Shown here piece by piece: positions 1 to 9,828 of a DNA stretch of 64,000 bases. The notes under the pieces are model-generated. The model had not been told where the DNA came from, did not search any database, and worked only from the letters and a program-made list of their open reading frames with translations. The stretch's first letter is position 1; the number at the start of each line of letters is the position of its first letter. The position numbers were made by a program, and so were the translations under genes. Source of the stretch: Promethearchaeota archaeon (lineage in GTDB: Archaea > Asgardarchaeota > Hermodarchaeia > Hermodarchaeales > Hermodarchaeaceae); assembly GCA_048938385.1 (NCBI GenBank), contig JBHLMG010000002.1:129596-193595 (forward strand), written 5' to 3'.

Positions 1-980
1 TGACTTCGAAGTTTGTCGATTATTTCAATGGCATGATCAACATAATGAAGGTACTCAATTGCCTGTCCTAGATTCATATGGAAGCTATCATAGCTTGGTA
101 ATTTCAAACCGATTTTTTTCACCATATCCTTTGCGTTATCCGATAATTGTTTTTTTGCGACATTCAAGCGTGCGAGGGCTCCAACGACAAAGGGGTTTCC
201 TTGAATCTCACTGAATTTTGCATGCCCATAGGGTACATTACGTTCGATAATCAGATTTTGGTACTCTTTATCAGGAACCTGTAAACCTAGGTCGGTTGTT
301 AATTCTCCATTATAGATCGGGTACTCCCTGGCATGTTTAACTGCTAGGTATTGGCTTTTTCGGACTAATTTAGGTTCAGAAAATGTACTCATTAACTGGA
401 TTTGAGCTTTCGCCTCTGGAATTGCATCGTGGAGGCGTTTTCGGATCGCGTGTAGCTGGGAACTAGTAGGGACATGAGTAAACCCACCCACCACTGCACA
501 TAACGGATGAGTATGTCGTCCACCAATGAGTTCCATAAGATCGTTACCGAGTTTCTTCAGTTGGAGAGCGCGTTTTACTTCGTTGGGGTATTTGGGTAAC
601 ATTTCTACGACATTTTGCGCCTGCAAATAGTCAGGAAGGGCAAGAAAGTTGATGTGAAGCGCGTGGCTTTCGAGCATGTCACCAATCAACATGAGTTTCC
701 GAAGAGCAATCGTTTCTTCTGAGGGCTGAACCTCTAGTGCCGCTTCAACTCCCCGAATCGCTGCGATGGCATGGGAATGGCTGCAGATGCCACAAATTCT
801 TGACATGATGTGGGACACTTCATTGTATGCTTGTCCCTTGAGGAACGATTCAAAAAGGCGCGTGCCCTCTGTTACTTGCATTTCTACGCGAGATCTCCCT
901 TTGTCAGTGACTTCCACGAGGAGATTGCCGTGCCCTTCAACCCGTGCCAAATGATGAATGTCAAAGGTTACTTTAGCCAT
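1..980 (-). CDS. hydA: [NiFe]-hydrogenase large (alpha) subunit, sulfhydrogenase/group-3b-like; truncated by window edge
   Basis: Not in the ORF track because it runs off the window. Reverse translation from the ATG at 980-978 gives MAKVTFDIHHLARVEGHG...MSRICGICSHSHAIAAIRGVE, which carries the N-terminal RxCGxC Ni-binding motif. The frame stays open to position 1. The start overlaps the stop of the upstream small-subunit gene by 13 nt. Confidence 0.85.
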   Translation of the reverse strand, partial: MAKVTFDIHHLARVEGHGNLLVEVTDKGRSRVEMQVTEGTRLFESFLKGQAYNEVSHIMSRICGICSHSHAIAAIRGVEAALEVQPSEETIALRKLMLIGDMLESHALHINFLALPDYLQAQNVVEMLPKYPNEVKRALQLKKLGNDLMELIGGRHTHPLCAVVGGFTHVPTSSQLHAIRKRLHDAIPEAKAQIQLMSTFSEPKLVRKSQYLAVKHAREYPIYNGELTTDLGLQVPDKEYQNLIIERNVPYGHAKFSEIQGNPFVVGALARLNVAKKQLSDNAKDMVKKIGLKLPSYDSFHMNLGQAIEYLHYVDHAIEIIDKLRS

Positions 981-1762
981 TCGATACTCAGCCTCTTGCG
1001 TAACTCATTTACAAAGTCCTCAGATCCAGCATTGAACATTCGGAATTTTCTAACCACCGTATCGAAGCTCGCTCCTTTTACTGAAAACATGTCAATTTCA
1101 GAATCCACATTAGCTTGAGGAACTGGACCCCAACACCCTTCACAAGGAAAGTCAACACTGGGGCACAATGCCCCACAACCTGCTCGCGTGATTGGACCAA
1201 GACACAATTCTCCCTCTTTCAACAAGCACTCATTCTCTTTTAATCGACATTCTACACAAACAGGGTAGTTTTTCTCCCGTGGAGTTGACCCAGAAAGAAA
1301 AGCGGTGATAGCCTCCAAAAATTCAGTCCCGTTAATTGGGCAACCTTGAAGCTCGAAATCAACTTCAACATATTTTTTCAAAGGCAAGATTTCTGGGAGT
1401 GTCTTCACATGAGATGCATCGCCATATACTGATTGTTTTAATTCTTCAACATTCAAGCCATTGCGCATGGCATTTACTCCACCAGTGGTTGCACAGGCTC
1501 CCATGGCGATGAGGATCTTGGATTTCTCCCTCAACTCTTTCAGCTTTGCAAGTTCCGCTTCGTTAGTCACTGATCCTTCAATAAAACATATGTCATAGGG
1601 GCCATCATGTGTTGCCGAACTCCCCATTCGGAACTGAACTAATTCTATTGCTCCAAGAATATCAAGTAAATGATCTTCTTGATTGATGATTTCTAATTGA
1701 CACCCTGCACAACAGGTGAGACCAAACAGAGCCACAACAGGTTTAGCAGCAGGTTCTGACAC
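968..1762 (-). CDS. hydD: [NiFe]-hydrogenase small (delta) subunit
   Basis: 264 aa with the N-terminal CCAGCQ Fe-S cluster motif and further Cys clusters (CVECR, GCGALCPS, CEGCWGP). It lies between the gamma and alpha subunit genes. Confidence 0.85.
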   Translation of the reverse strand: MSEPAAKPVVALFGLTCCAGCQLEIINQEDHLLDILGAIELVQFRMGSSATHDGPYDICFIEGSVTNEAELAKLKELREKSKILIAMGACATTGGVNAMRNGLNVEELKQSVYGDASHVKTLPEILPLKKYVEVDFELQGCPINGTEFLEAITAFLSGSTPREKNYPVCVECRLKENECLLKEGELCLGPITRAGCGALCPSVDFPCEGCWGPVPQANVDSEIDMFSVKGASFDTVVRKFRMFNAGSEDFVNELRKRLSIEWLK

Positions 1763-1782
1763 TATTTATCGCTCTCCTACTC

Positions 1783-2640
1783 CTACACTGCACCTCGAAG
1801 CCCTTTTGCCTCAGCATAACTAAACACAGGACCATCCTGGCAAACAAACTTTGATCCTACAAGGCAATGACTACATTGCCCTACACCGCATTTCATGCGG
1901 CGTTCTAGTGAGAGAAATATTCTGTCATCAGGAAACCCGAAATTGTGTAAATCGCGAATCACGAAACGGTACATAATTGGTGGTCCACATACGAGGGCAT
2001 AGGTATCTTTAGGTTCTACCTTGATTCGGTCAAACAGAGCTGTGACCACGCCAATATTCCCCGCCCAACAGTGGTCGTCATCACGATCAACAGTAGCTAC
2101 ATATTCCACATCATTTCGGTTCGCCCAAAGATAGAGCTCATCCTTGAAGAGCAGTTCCTCGGGACAGCGTGCACCGTACAGGATTTGGAATTTCTCATAC
2201 TGGTCACGATTCTCTAAAATTTCCAAGATAACCGGACGAATGGGAACAAGTCCCATTCCTCCAGCAACTATCATGACATTCTTTCCTCTCAAGGATTGCA
2301 TAGGCCAACCACGACCATACGGACCGCGCAAAGCTACTCGGCTTCCCACAGGAAGTTTTGCTAAAGCATTAGTTAACAGTCCTACTCCTCGAATGGTTAG
2401 TTGAATGCTTTCGGTATGATTAGGAGATGAGCTCAATCCAAAGGGCGCTTCTCCAAAACCAAAAACTGATAGCAACATAAACTGACCTGGCTGAAATTGG
2501 AAATCTTGTTGTTGTTGCTTATTCAGATACCCAAAAGTGTACAAGTTCGTGTCTGGGGTTTGAGGCTCAATTTGCAGTAGTTCTGCAAGGTTATAATGGT
2601 AAGGATTTTGTGCTGTGTCTACAGCGTTGGAAATAGGCAT
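1783..2640 (-). CDS. hydG: Sulfhydrogenase gamma subunit (FAD/NAD(P)-binding oxidoreductase with C-terminal 2Fe-2S motif; PyrK/AsrB-like)
   Basis: 285 aa with a ferredoxin-reductase-like fold pattern (RGPYG, MIVAGGMGLVP) and a C-terminal CGVGQCSHC...C cluster. Its stop abuts the hydB stop/start junction. Confidence 0.8.
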   Translation of the reverse strand: MPISNAVDTAQNPYHYNLAELLQIEPQTPDTNLYTFGYLNKQQQQDFQFQPGQFMLLSVFGFGEAPFGLSSSPNHTESIQLTIRGVGLLTNALAKLPVGSRVALRGPYGRGWPMQSLRGKNVMIVAGGMGLVPIRPVILEILENRDQYEKFQILYGARCPEELLFKDELYLWANRNDVEYVATVDRDDDHCWAGNIGVVTALFDRIKVEPKDTYALVCGPPIMYRFVIRDLHNFGFPDDRIFLSLERRMKCGVGQCSHCLVGSKFVCQDGPVFSYAEAKGLRGAV

Positions 2641-3747
2641 TTACTCCGTTCCTCCTTTTTCTAAATCCAATAGTAACTCGACCATGTCAATGTCTGCAGG
2701 GCAAGTTCGGGTACACCGTCCACAGCCCACACACCCAATTTGGTTAATTTGATCGGGCTCTATTCGGAATTTATGGTATAAGCGAAACCGGATACGCGAT
2801 GCAATTGTGGGTCGGAAGTTATGCCCACCAGCGACTAATGCGAAATCTACCAGCTGACATGAATCCCAAGTACGCACACGTGCACCATTAGCTAAGTCCA
2901 AATCAACTTCATCATGAACATCAAAACAAAAACAAGTAGGACAGACCATCGTACAAGATCCGCATCCGAAACATCGCTTTCCGAGACGATTCCACAATTC
3001 AAATTCATAGCTAGCGTCTAATTGATCGGGGAGTGCATCGAAATCTTCAATGGGATTTTGAAATTTAGATAAACGCTCCGAAAGAAGGACCTTGACTTTT
3101 TTTTTGAGCTTAGGGCTAGCTACCGAGAATAACTCTTGGGCGTATTCAACGACTCTTTGCCCAACAGCTGTTTTGACATCAAACACATAATGGGAACCTG
3201 TATCAGTAATCATGATATCTGCGACTGCTTGGAAATTCCATGTTCCAGCCGAAAGACAAAACGAGTCTTCACAGGGGTTTAGGCAGTTGAGACCGATGAT
3301 GATTCCCTCTAGCCGTCGACGATTTCTAAAGGGGTCTGGATAGATTTGAGTCAGGATCGCATCATGAAACTGGATAGCCGCTAAATCACAGGAATGAACA
3401 CCAAATACTAAAAATGACTTTCCATTCCAAAGGGCATCACTAGACGATTGGATTAAGGGATCATGGATTTCCAGTTGGGGACTGCGTGTAAAAGTCAGGG
3501 TGTTTTGTTTAGGGGGGAAGAAATATTTCTTTGGAGGAAGAATCGTTGTATCATAATCCAGTTTCAGTTGAGAAGCATCTGTGATTTTATCGAATTTAAA
3601 CTGGGATTTTTGTGCGACAGGTCCATAGACTTCGAGCACTTGGGTTAGTTTTTGAATAAAGCCAGGGAGATTCTGCTTCTTCAACACAAAGGCAACAGCT
3701 GGTTTTTTTTGTGGCAAAACATCACCCTTAACCCGATTTAGCACCAA
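2641..3747 (-). CDS. hydB: Sulfhydrogenase beta subunit (4Fe-4S dicluster protein, AsrA-like)
   Basis: 368 aa with CFGCGSCTMVCPTCFC and CVGCGRCTRTCP ferredoxin motifs. It is the first gene of a B-G-D-A order, as in archaeal sulfhydrogenases. The start codon is TTG/GTG. Confidence 0.75.
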   Translation of the reverse strand: MVLNRVKGDVLPQKKPAVAFVLKKQNLPGFIQKLTQVLEVYGPVAQKSQFKFDKITDASQLKLDYDTTILPPKKYFFPPKQNTLTFTRSPQLEIHDPLIQSSSDALWNGKSFLVFGVHSCDLAAIQFHDAILTQIYPDPFRNRRRLEGIIIGLNCLNPCEDSFCLSAGTWNFQAVADIMITDTGSHYVFDVKTAVGQRVVEYAQELFSVASPKLKKKVKVLLSERLSKFQNPIEDFDALPDQLDASYEFELWNRLGKRCFGCGSCTMVCPTCFCFDVHDEVDLDLANGARVRTWDSCQLVDFALVAGGHNFRPTIASRIRFRLYHKFRIEPDQINQIGCVGCGRCTRTCPADIDMVELLLDLEKGGTE

Positions 3748-3986
3748 TTAGCAGGTCTAATCGGTACCGACACAAGGCGATTAAAATGTCTTTGTCTAGT
3801 TCAATTTGTCAACTTATTATACATCAGAAATTACCACAGAAATTCTATCTAGTTCTTGAGGAACTCCTGTCTTTCAAGCCCAAGTAGTTAACAGGTAAGA
3901 TAAAGAGCGATAGAAACATAATTAGGGGAATCCTATGTGTTTAGGGTGCAGTGGCATCCTCCTGATTCGATATCGAGGGATTAGAA

Positions 3987-5882
3987 ATGGAGGCAAACAG
4001 AACTTCGGGACCTGCTTCGAAGCCCCCCTCATCAGTCGCTGATCTTCTACATATTTCACCAGCTGCAGTGAGCTTCTTTTTTGAACTTGCAGCTGATCAT
4101 ACACCCTTCTCCCTTGAAGAAATTCAGACTAAATTTAGTCTCACAAAAAAAACATCCGATCAATACATTACGGAATTATTGGGGTCTGGATTAGTACGGC
4201 GAAATCCAGATGGAACCTTCGAAGCGGTCGCACCTATTGAAGCAACCATGTTAATTCTTACGCGTATTCGAAATCTACTCCGTCAACTCCGTAAAGAGTT
4301 CCCCGAGCAGATGGCTATAGGCGTGCCAGTTGTCAGTCATACCCTGCGACAAAAATTTGATTCGTTACCATATCAACTCGAGACTTTGCGTTCATCCATT
4401 GATGGCTCGCTAGACAGAGCGTTTGAAGAATTTCGGAAGAAGACTGATTCGCTCGAAGGATCACAAACTTTTGACGCTTTCACAGATGGCCTTTATGCTA
4501 AGATCATTGCTGAAGTCGATGAACGAATGATGGAGGCACGGAACCAACTCAATGAATTTGAATCCATTGAAAACTTCATTACCGTACTCAACAAACTCAA
4601 AAATGATGTTTTCGATATCGTTAACATCTCCTTATCCGATATGCGAGAGCAAGCCTTCCGTCTTCATGAATTAGACGAATTCCGCGAAGATCTAACTGAA
4701 CTTTGGAGTGTCACCCCCTCTATTGTCGAGGGCCATCTTTCTGACTTTGAACAGGAAATGAGTACCCTTGAAGCCTCATTGGGAGACCTCATGGAAACAA
4801 AATATCGTCTAGGTGCGTTCAAAGGCGTTATTGAAAACTTTACTAAGGATCATATCATGACTTCAGTTAAGACCCTGAAACATAATTTTCAATTATCTCT
4901 CACTGAAACCATTCAAGATCATCTCCGTCAGACTCAAGATCGCTTCGAAGAGGCGTCTTCAGCGGCTCATCGTGAATTTGATAAGCTGCGGGAACAACTA
5001 GCCGGTTGGGTTCGCAACGCGTTAGATTTAGCCTTCAACGAAGTCATTGAACGCAACCAAAAAACAACATCTGATCTTGCGTCACATCTTGAAGCGCTAA
5101 TGCAGTTTTTCCGTACCCGCTTCCTCGCTGGCCTTGATTCGTCAATAAAAGCCGTTAAACTTCAGGCACGCGAGGTTGATAAAAGCCTTAGCCAAGTTCC
5201 TATAACCTTAGATGCTCTCCGAGAAAAAGAGGTTAATGCACAAATTGACAAGTTGATTGATCAAAGTGAAAAACAACTGAGTGCTATCACTCATGACTTA
5301 CCGAAAGCTTTCACGCAATGGCGAAATGATTATCTCACCACCGTGGATTCCCATGTCTCCTCGCTGTTAGAGGAAGCCGAAGGAAATGTAACTTTAGCTA
5401 CTCAAAGCGTAAACCAATTTTGGCGACGCAGTAAAGAATCTGAGCCCACAACCTTTGACTTGTATCAATTCATCATTGGAGAACGAGAATTCAAATCTTA
5501 TGTGACTCATCTCATAGCTAAGGCACGCAGTCACCTATTGCTGCTCTTGCCCCGTATGACTACTGCAACACGAGTGACGCAGAAGCTGTTGAAGATGATT
5601 CCCGGGGATGTTCGAGTTCGTATTATACTGGCTGATCCTCCTGGTACAAAACCCGTGCAAAGTTTCCAAAAGGTTGTAGAAAAAAATCCGAATTTCCAAA
5701 TCCGCTATGATCCTAGGGGAGATATTTGGGGAGTAATTCGTGACTTCGAAGAAATTATTCTTGGAAACACTGCCAGGGGCACAGCGAATGTTGTTGGTAT
5801 AGCATCAAGTCATGAAGATCATGTGGAACTCTTTCGAGCTGTGATGGAAAATCGGTGGCTTCATGCCCGTGGGTATCCCTGA
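3987..5882 (+). CDS. TrmB-family-like transcriptional regulator with very long central coiled-coil insert
   Basis: The N-terminal winged-HTH-like segment reads FSLEEIQTKFSLTKKTSDQYITELLGSGLVRRNPDGTF. About 380 aa of heptad-like helical sequence follow. The C-terminal module (LLLLLPRMT...DVRVRIILADPP...IRDFEEIILGN) resembles the TrmB C-terminal (PLD-like) domain. Confidence 0.55.
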   Translation: MEANRTSGPASKPPSSVADLLHISPAAVSFFFELAADHTPFSLEEIQTKFSLTKKTSDQYITELLGSGLVRRNPDGTFEAVAPIEATMLILTRIRNLLRQLRKEFPEQMAIGVPVVSHTLRQKFDSLPYQLETLRSSIDGSLDRAFEEFRKKTDSLEGSQTFDAFTDGLYAKIIAEVDERMMEARNQLNEFESIENFITVLNKLKNDVFDIVNISLSDMREQAFRLHELDEFREDLTELWSVTPSIVEGHLSDFEQEMSTLEASLGDLMETKYRLGAFKGVIENFTKDHIMTSVKTLKHNFQLSLTETIQDHLRQTQDRFEEASSAAHREFDKLREQLAGWVRNALDLAFNEVIERNQKTTSDLASHLEALMQFFRTRFLAGLDSSIKAVKLQAREVDKSLSQVPITLDALREKEVNAQIDKLIDQSEKQLSAITHDLPKAFTQWRNDYLTTVDSHVSSLLEEAEGNVTLATQSVNQFWRRSKESEPTTFDLYQFIIGEREFKSYVTHLIAKARSHLLLLLPRMTTATRVTQKLLKMIPGDVRVRIILADPPGTKPVQSFQKVVEKNPNFQIRYDPRGDIWGVIRDFEEIILGNTARGTANVVGIASSHEDHVELFRAVMENRWLHARGYP

Positions 5883-5977
5883 GGATGTGATGGCGTATCC
5901 GACGCGCTTTTAACGAACAGACAATGAGTGTTGACTCGTTCAGATTGAAAGGTATCGTATACTAGGAGGCAACGGCA

Positions 5978-7390
5978 GTGAATGTTCGGAATGTCTTGCA
6001 GGAAATAGATTCACAATTCGATCAGTCTATTCAGGAGTTACAGGAATTTCTCCGTCAGCCGAGCATCAGTGGAACCGGTGCTGGAATCAACCGTACGATC
6101 TATCAAGTGCTCTCTAAGCTCGAGGCATTGGGTTTTCATGCGACCATTCACCCGACACCCAGCAATCCAATTCTTTTTGGTACACACCTTGACGCTGGCG
6201 ATAAAGCACCTATTCTTTTGCTCCAAACTTCTATCGATGTCATGACTACAGAAAATGAAGCTTGGTGGTCAGTACCTCCTTTCGCAGCAGAAATCAAAGA
6301 CACACCTCGTTTCGGTCCCTGTCTTATTGCGCGAGGGGCATACACGCAAAAAGCTACTCTCATGGCACTCCTCCAAGCCTTGACGGTCATCAAGGAAGCG
6401 GGCGAAGAATTCCCCGTTAACCTTATGATCGTTGTTGATAGCGAAGAAGAAAGTGGAAGTCCAAGTCTTGCGAATTTCGTCAAGAGCCATCAAACTGAAA
6501 TTCAAAAGGTGGATGCCGTTTACTACCCTTTTTTTTCTACCGACCGTCGAGGAGTCGCGCGGATGTTCCTAGGCACTAAAGGAATTGTGTTTTTACGCCT
6601 TCGATGTCAAGGTCCTTCCACACGGGATCTTCATTCCGCTGAAGTGGGCTGGATCCGTAATCCTGCACATATTCTCACCAAAGCGCTATCTTTGCTCGTA
6701 GACATCCACGGACATCCTCTTATCCCTGGCCTTCTTGACGATGTGATTCCTCCCTCCCAAGATGATGAACGCCTGCTCGCTCTTCTGGCAGAATCCTTCG
6801 ACCCTGGTATTGCCGCGCTCCAACTGGATGCTCGCAATCTCAGCATTGAAGCCGATTCCTTGCAGGATCTTTTACGGCGATTTCTCTTCAAGCCTACAGT
6901 GAATATTTCGGGTATACAGACAGGTTATGTTGGTAACTCTTACAAGACCATTCTTCCTCGCGAAGCTAGTGCACACGTAGACATCCGCTTAACTCCTAAC
7001 GAAAATCCCCAACAAGTCCATCAAATCGTGAAAGACTACCTCAAAGAACAAGGACTCGCAAATCTTGTCGAAATCGAGCTAGGCTACACCATGAACTGGG
7101 CTAAATCCAGTGACAACACACAAATAGCGAAGGCCTTGATGAAATCGTATTACGATGTGGGTGTCGATAATGTCGAAGTCTGGCCGATGTTTCCTTCCAG
7201 TATCCCACTATATGTCTATGCTGATCCCCCACTCCAGAAACCCTTCGTCATTGGCGGATTAGGTCACGGTGGACATGCACACGGTCGTGATGAATATTTC
7301 GTCGTGGAAGGCATCCGACACTTTCAAAAAGGATTCACATACTTCCTCCACGAGTATAGCCAGTTTCGCAGTGGTAGTAGCAGTGGTTGA
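5978..7390 (+). CDS. M20 family metallopeptidase (dipeptidase/ArgE-DapE-CPG2-like)
   Basis: 470 aa. It has the M20 pattern (VDSEEESGS acid pair, HGGHAHGRDEY C-terminal His motif). GTG start with AGGAGG 9 nt upstream. Confidence 0.85.
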   Translation: MNVRNVLQEIDSQFDQSIQELQEFLRQPSISGTGAGINRTIYQVLSKLEALGFHATIHPTPSNPILFGTHLDAGDKAPILLLQTSIDVMTTENEAWWSVPPFAAEIKDTPRFGPCLIARGAYTQKATLMALLQALTVIKEAGEEFPVNLMIVVDSEEESGSPSLANFVKSHQTEIQKVDAVYYPFFSTDRRGVARMFLGTKGIVFLRLRCQGPSTRDLHSAEVGWIRNPAHILTKALSLLVDIHGHPLIPGLLDDVIPPSQDDERLLALLAESFDPGIAALQLDARNLSIEADSLQDLLRRFLFKPTVNISGIQTGYVGNSYKTILPREASAHVDIRLTPNENPQQVHQIVKDYLKEQGLANLVEIELGYTMNWAKSSDNTQIAKALMKSYYDVGVDNVEVWPMFPSSIPLYVYADPPLQKPFVIGGLGHGGHAHGRDEYFVVEGIRHFQKGFTYFLHEYSQFRSGSSSG

Positions 7391-7392
7391 TC

Positions 7393-8178
7393 ATGGCGCT
7401 TCGAGTTGAACTCCTCATAATCGGAAACGAAATTTTGTCAGGACGAACCCTTGATACTAACTCACAATGGCTTGCACAGCATCTATTTGAACTCGGATTA
7501 CCTGTGGATCGAATTCAAGTTATTAAGGATAATGTAGCCACCATTGCCAAAGCTATCCAAGAAGCACGAGCTCGAAATACAACACTCCTTTTCACTTCTG
7601 GAGGGCTAGGACCAACCTTTGATGATCTTACTGCTAAAGGTTTATCATTGGCAACAAACACTCAACTTAAATTGCATCCCGATGCCTTACGCCTAATCAC
7701 CGATCGTTATGAAGTCCTAAAGGGTCAAGGGTTGGTTGAATCTGCAACAATCACCCCACCACGACAGAAAATGGCTCTCCTGCCCCAGGGTGCAGAACCA
7801 CTCCTAAACCTAGTAGGAACCGCCCCTGGAATACGACTGTCTTTTGAACCAACCACAATTTACTGTTTGCCAGGAGTGCCTGAAGAACTACATTCTATGT
7901 TTCTGCATGTAGTAGCCCCTCAAATTGCTAGCCTAACTGAGAAAATATTCCTGCAAGAAGTAACCAAGGTTACTATTTTCGAGGAGGCCGGGATTGCTCC
8001 TATTCTTGTAAAAATTATGAAAAAGTATCCTGAAGCCTATCTAAAATCCTTACCACATTCCCATCAGAATCATAAACCACTTCAGGTTGCCATAACCGTC
8101 TCTGCTCCAACCCATTCTAAGGCTAAACGGCTAATTCGCCAGGTAATCAAAACCCTCCAGGAATCTACTCAATGCTAG
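7393..8178 (+). CDS. CinA-like MoCF-biosynthesis (MoaB/Mog-fold) domain protein, lacking a PncC-type C-terminal domain
   Basis: MALRVELLIIGNEILSGRTLDTNSQWL...SGGLGPTFDDLT is the canonical CinA N-terminal signature. The ORF track starts at a TTG at 7387, but the ATG at 7393 is more likely. Confidence 0.75.
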   Translation: MALRVELLIIGNEILSGRTLDTNSQWLAQHLFELGLPVDRIQVIKDNVATIAKAIQEARARNTTLLFTSGGLGPTFDDLTAKGLSLATNTQLKLHPDALRLITDRYEVLKGQGLVESATITPPRQKMALLPQGAEPLLNLVGTAPGIRLSFEPTTIYCLPGVPEELHSMFLHVVAPQIASLTEKIFLQEVTKVTIFEEAGIAPILVKIMKKYPEAYLKSLPHSHQNHKPLQVAITVSAPTHSKAKRLIRQVIKTLQESTQC

Positions 8179-8244
8179 GCGTTAGGCCACCTTGGTTCCT
8201 CTAAGAGAATAAATAGAATCATGTCATTGAAGGAAAGGGATTGG

Positions 8245-8472
8245 CTAATCCTCATCAATGCGAAGACCGAGTACTTCATCCAACTTGTGGTGTGTTTTCT
8301 CTTCGAGTTTCTCAAGGGCATTTTGTAGAAAATCTTTCGTTGTCCGATTACTCTCGGGGTGTTCAGCCTTCCAAGCGAGGAAAGACGATATTAACTCAAG
8401 GGCGTCAATCACTCCCCGAAGATATCGAGGATCAAGGTTTTGTTCTAAATTTTTCATTAGCGATTTCACCAA
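8245..8472 (-). CDS. Small helical hypothetical protein (75 aa)
   Basis: Three ORFs overlap here. Only the minus-strand one has protein-like, charged/helical composition; the plus-strand ORFs are low-complexity. Confidence 0.4.
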   Translation of the reverse strand: MVKSLMKNLEQNLDPRYLRGVIDALELISSFLAWKAEHPESNRTTKDFLQNALEKLEEKTHHKLDEVLGLRIDED

Positions 8473-8546
8473 ACGAGAGAATTACTATATGAGGGTCTCG
8501 ATTTCCAAGATAAAACTCTTCTCCATCTCTTGTCACTCTTTTACTA

Positions 8547-9212
8547 ATGTTTCCCGAAACGCAATTTCCTTTTGACTTCTTTGATAAGAAAAGCGATTTT
8601 GTACGGTTTAGAATTCCTTTAAAACGCGTTTTTTCTTCCGAAGGTTATCGGACTACTTATATAAGCTGGAAAAAAAACCTATTCAAGGCATATACTCCAA
8701 ATGGAGCAGGTACGAAAGGGGAATTTACCTTGCTCGACCAAAAGGACCGTAAGATATTACGCGAACTTGAGCGGGATTGCCGTCAACGAACCAATCAAAT
8801 CGCAAAAGCAACAAATGTTCCTGTAACTACGGTCCATAACCGGATTAAGAAACTCTCTTCATCTGGTCATATCACCTGCTTTCGTGCCATTCTTGATCCG
8901 GAGAAACTGGATAAACCACTTGTATCCTTCGTTTTTGTTTCACTCAACCGGAATACCTCTGAACAGCTCGAAGGACAGTCTGACCGAGAACTCATTAATA
9001 AAATCGCGGCCCATCCCGCAATTCAAGAAGTCCACTCAACAACGGGTGATTGGGATCTTCTGTTGAAGATACGAGCCAAGGACATTAGTGAACTCGAAGA
9101 TATCATCATGACACAACTTCGAGAACCTAAACTCATTGAGCGTGCTCAAACCATTTGCGCTATGGCTACATACAAGGAAACCACAAACCTGTTGTATAAT
9201 GGTGTAGGCTAG
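8547..9212 (+). CDS. Lrp/AsnC family transcriptional regulator
   Basis: HTH segment LDQKDRKILRELERDCRQRTNQIAKATNVPVTTVHNRIKKL followed by a RAM/ACT-like domain. The first ~60 aa of the ORF look non-homologous. The likely true start is the TTG at 8730, preceded by AAGGGG, which gives ~160 aa. Confidence 0.8.
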   Translation: MFPETQFPFDFFDKKSDFVRFRIPLKRVFSSEGYRTTYISWKKNLFKAYTPNGAGTKGEFTLLDQKDRKILRELERDCRQRTNQIAKATNVPVTTVHNRIKKLSSSGHITCFRAILDPEKLDKPLVSFVFVSLNRNTSEQLEGQSDRELINKIAAHPAIQEVHSTTGDWDLLLKIRAKDISELEDIIMTQLREPKLIERAQTICAMATYKETTNLLYNGVG

Positions 9213-9216
9213 ACTT

Positions 9217-9828
9217 TTGGTGGCAATGAATCCTCTGTTTTTAGCTTCCCAGTCTCCTCGTCGTGCTGCGTTACTCTCTCAACTTGGCCTCGTCTTTCAA
9301 GTCCTAAAACCCAAAGCGCGGGAATCAAGGATTACTGATTCCACTGATGTTGGAATAATCCAACTAGCGGAACAAAATGCCCTGGAAAAAGCCCAGAGTG
9401 TTCTTGACTCGGTACAAGACGGCCTGATTCTTAGCGGGGACACGATGGTTGTGACCCAAAACAATCAAGTTCTGGGAAAACCGACCACGGCGCAAGAGGC
9501 CTTGGTGATGCTCAAAGGGCTCGTGGGGACTTGGCATCGGGTTATTTCTGCTGTAGCAGTAATATCTGCTAACACAAAAAAAGCAAGAGTGGATCATGTC
9601 TGGACCACAGTCACCTTCCGAAAAGTACCAATAGACGCTCTAAAATGTTATATCGCAATACAAGAACCTCTTGGAAAAGCTGGAGGTTATGCCATTCAGG
9701 GCAAAGGAATGTTTCTCATTGAGAAGATCGATGGCAGCCACTCTGCAGTTATCGGACTTCCATTAGAATTAGTCGTTTCACTATTAATGGACCATGGAGT
9801 TGAGGTTTGGCACTACTGGATGGGTTGA
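9217..9828 (+). CDS. maf: Maf-like nucleoside triphosphate pyrophosphatase
   Basis: LASQSPRRAALLSQLGL...SGDTMV...KAGGYAIQG are Maf family signatures. The probable ATG is at 9226. Confidence 0.85.
   Translation: MVAMNPLFLASQSPRRAALLSQLGLVFQVLKPKARESRITDSTDVGIIQLAEQNALEKAQSVLDSVQDGLILSGDTMVVTQNNQVLGKPTTAQEALVMLKGLVGTWHRVISAVAVISANTKKARVDHVWTTVTFRKVPIDALKCYIAIQEPLGKAGGYAIQGKGMFLIEKIDGSHSAVIGLPLELVVSLLMDHGVEVWHYWMG

Noticed and set aside
3748-3986. Calling explicit BRE/TATA promoters for the divergent hydrogenase and TrmB-like genes
   Set aside because: The region contains AT-rich TATA-like strings (TTTTAAT on the minus strand at about 3780-3786, TTATTATAC on the plus strand). Without transcription start data, several equally good candidates exist.
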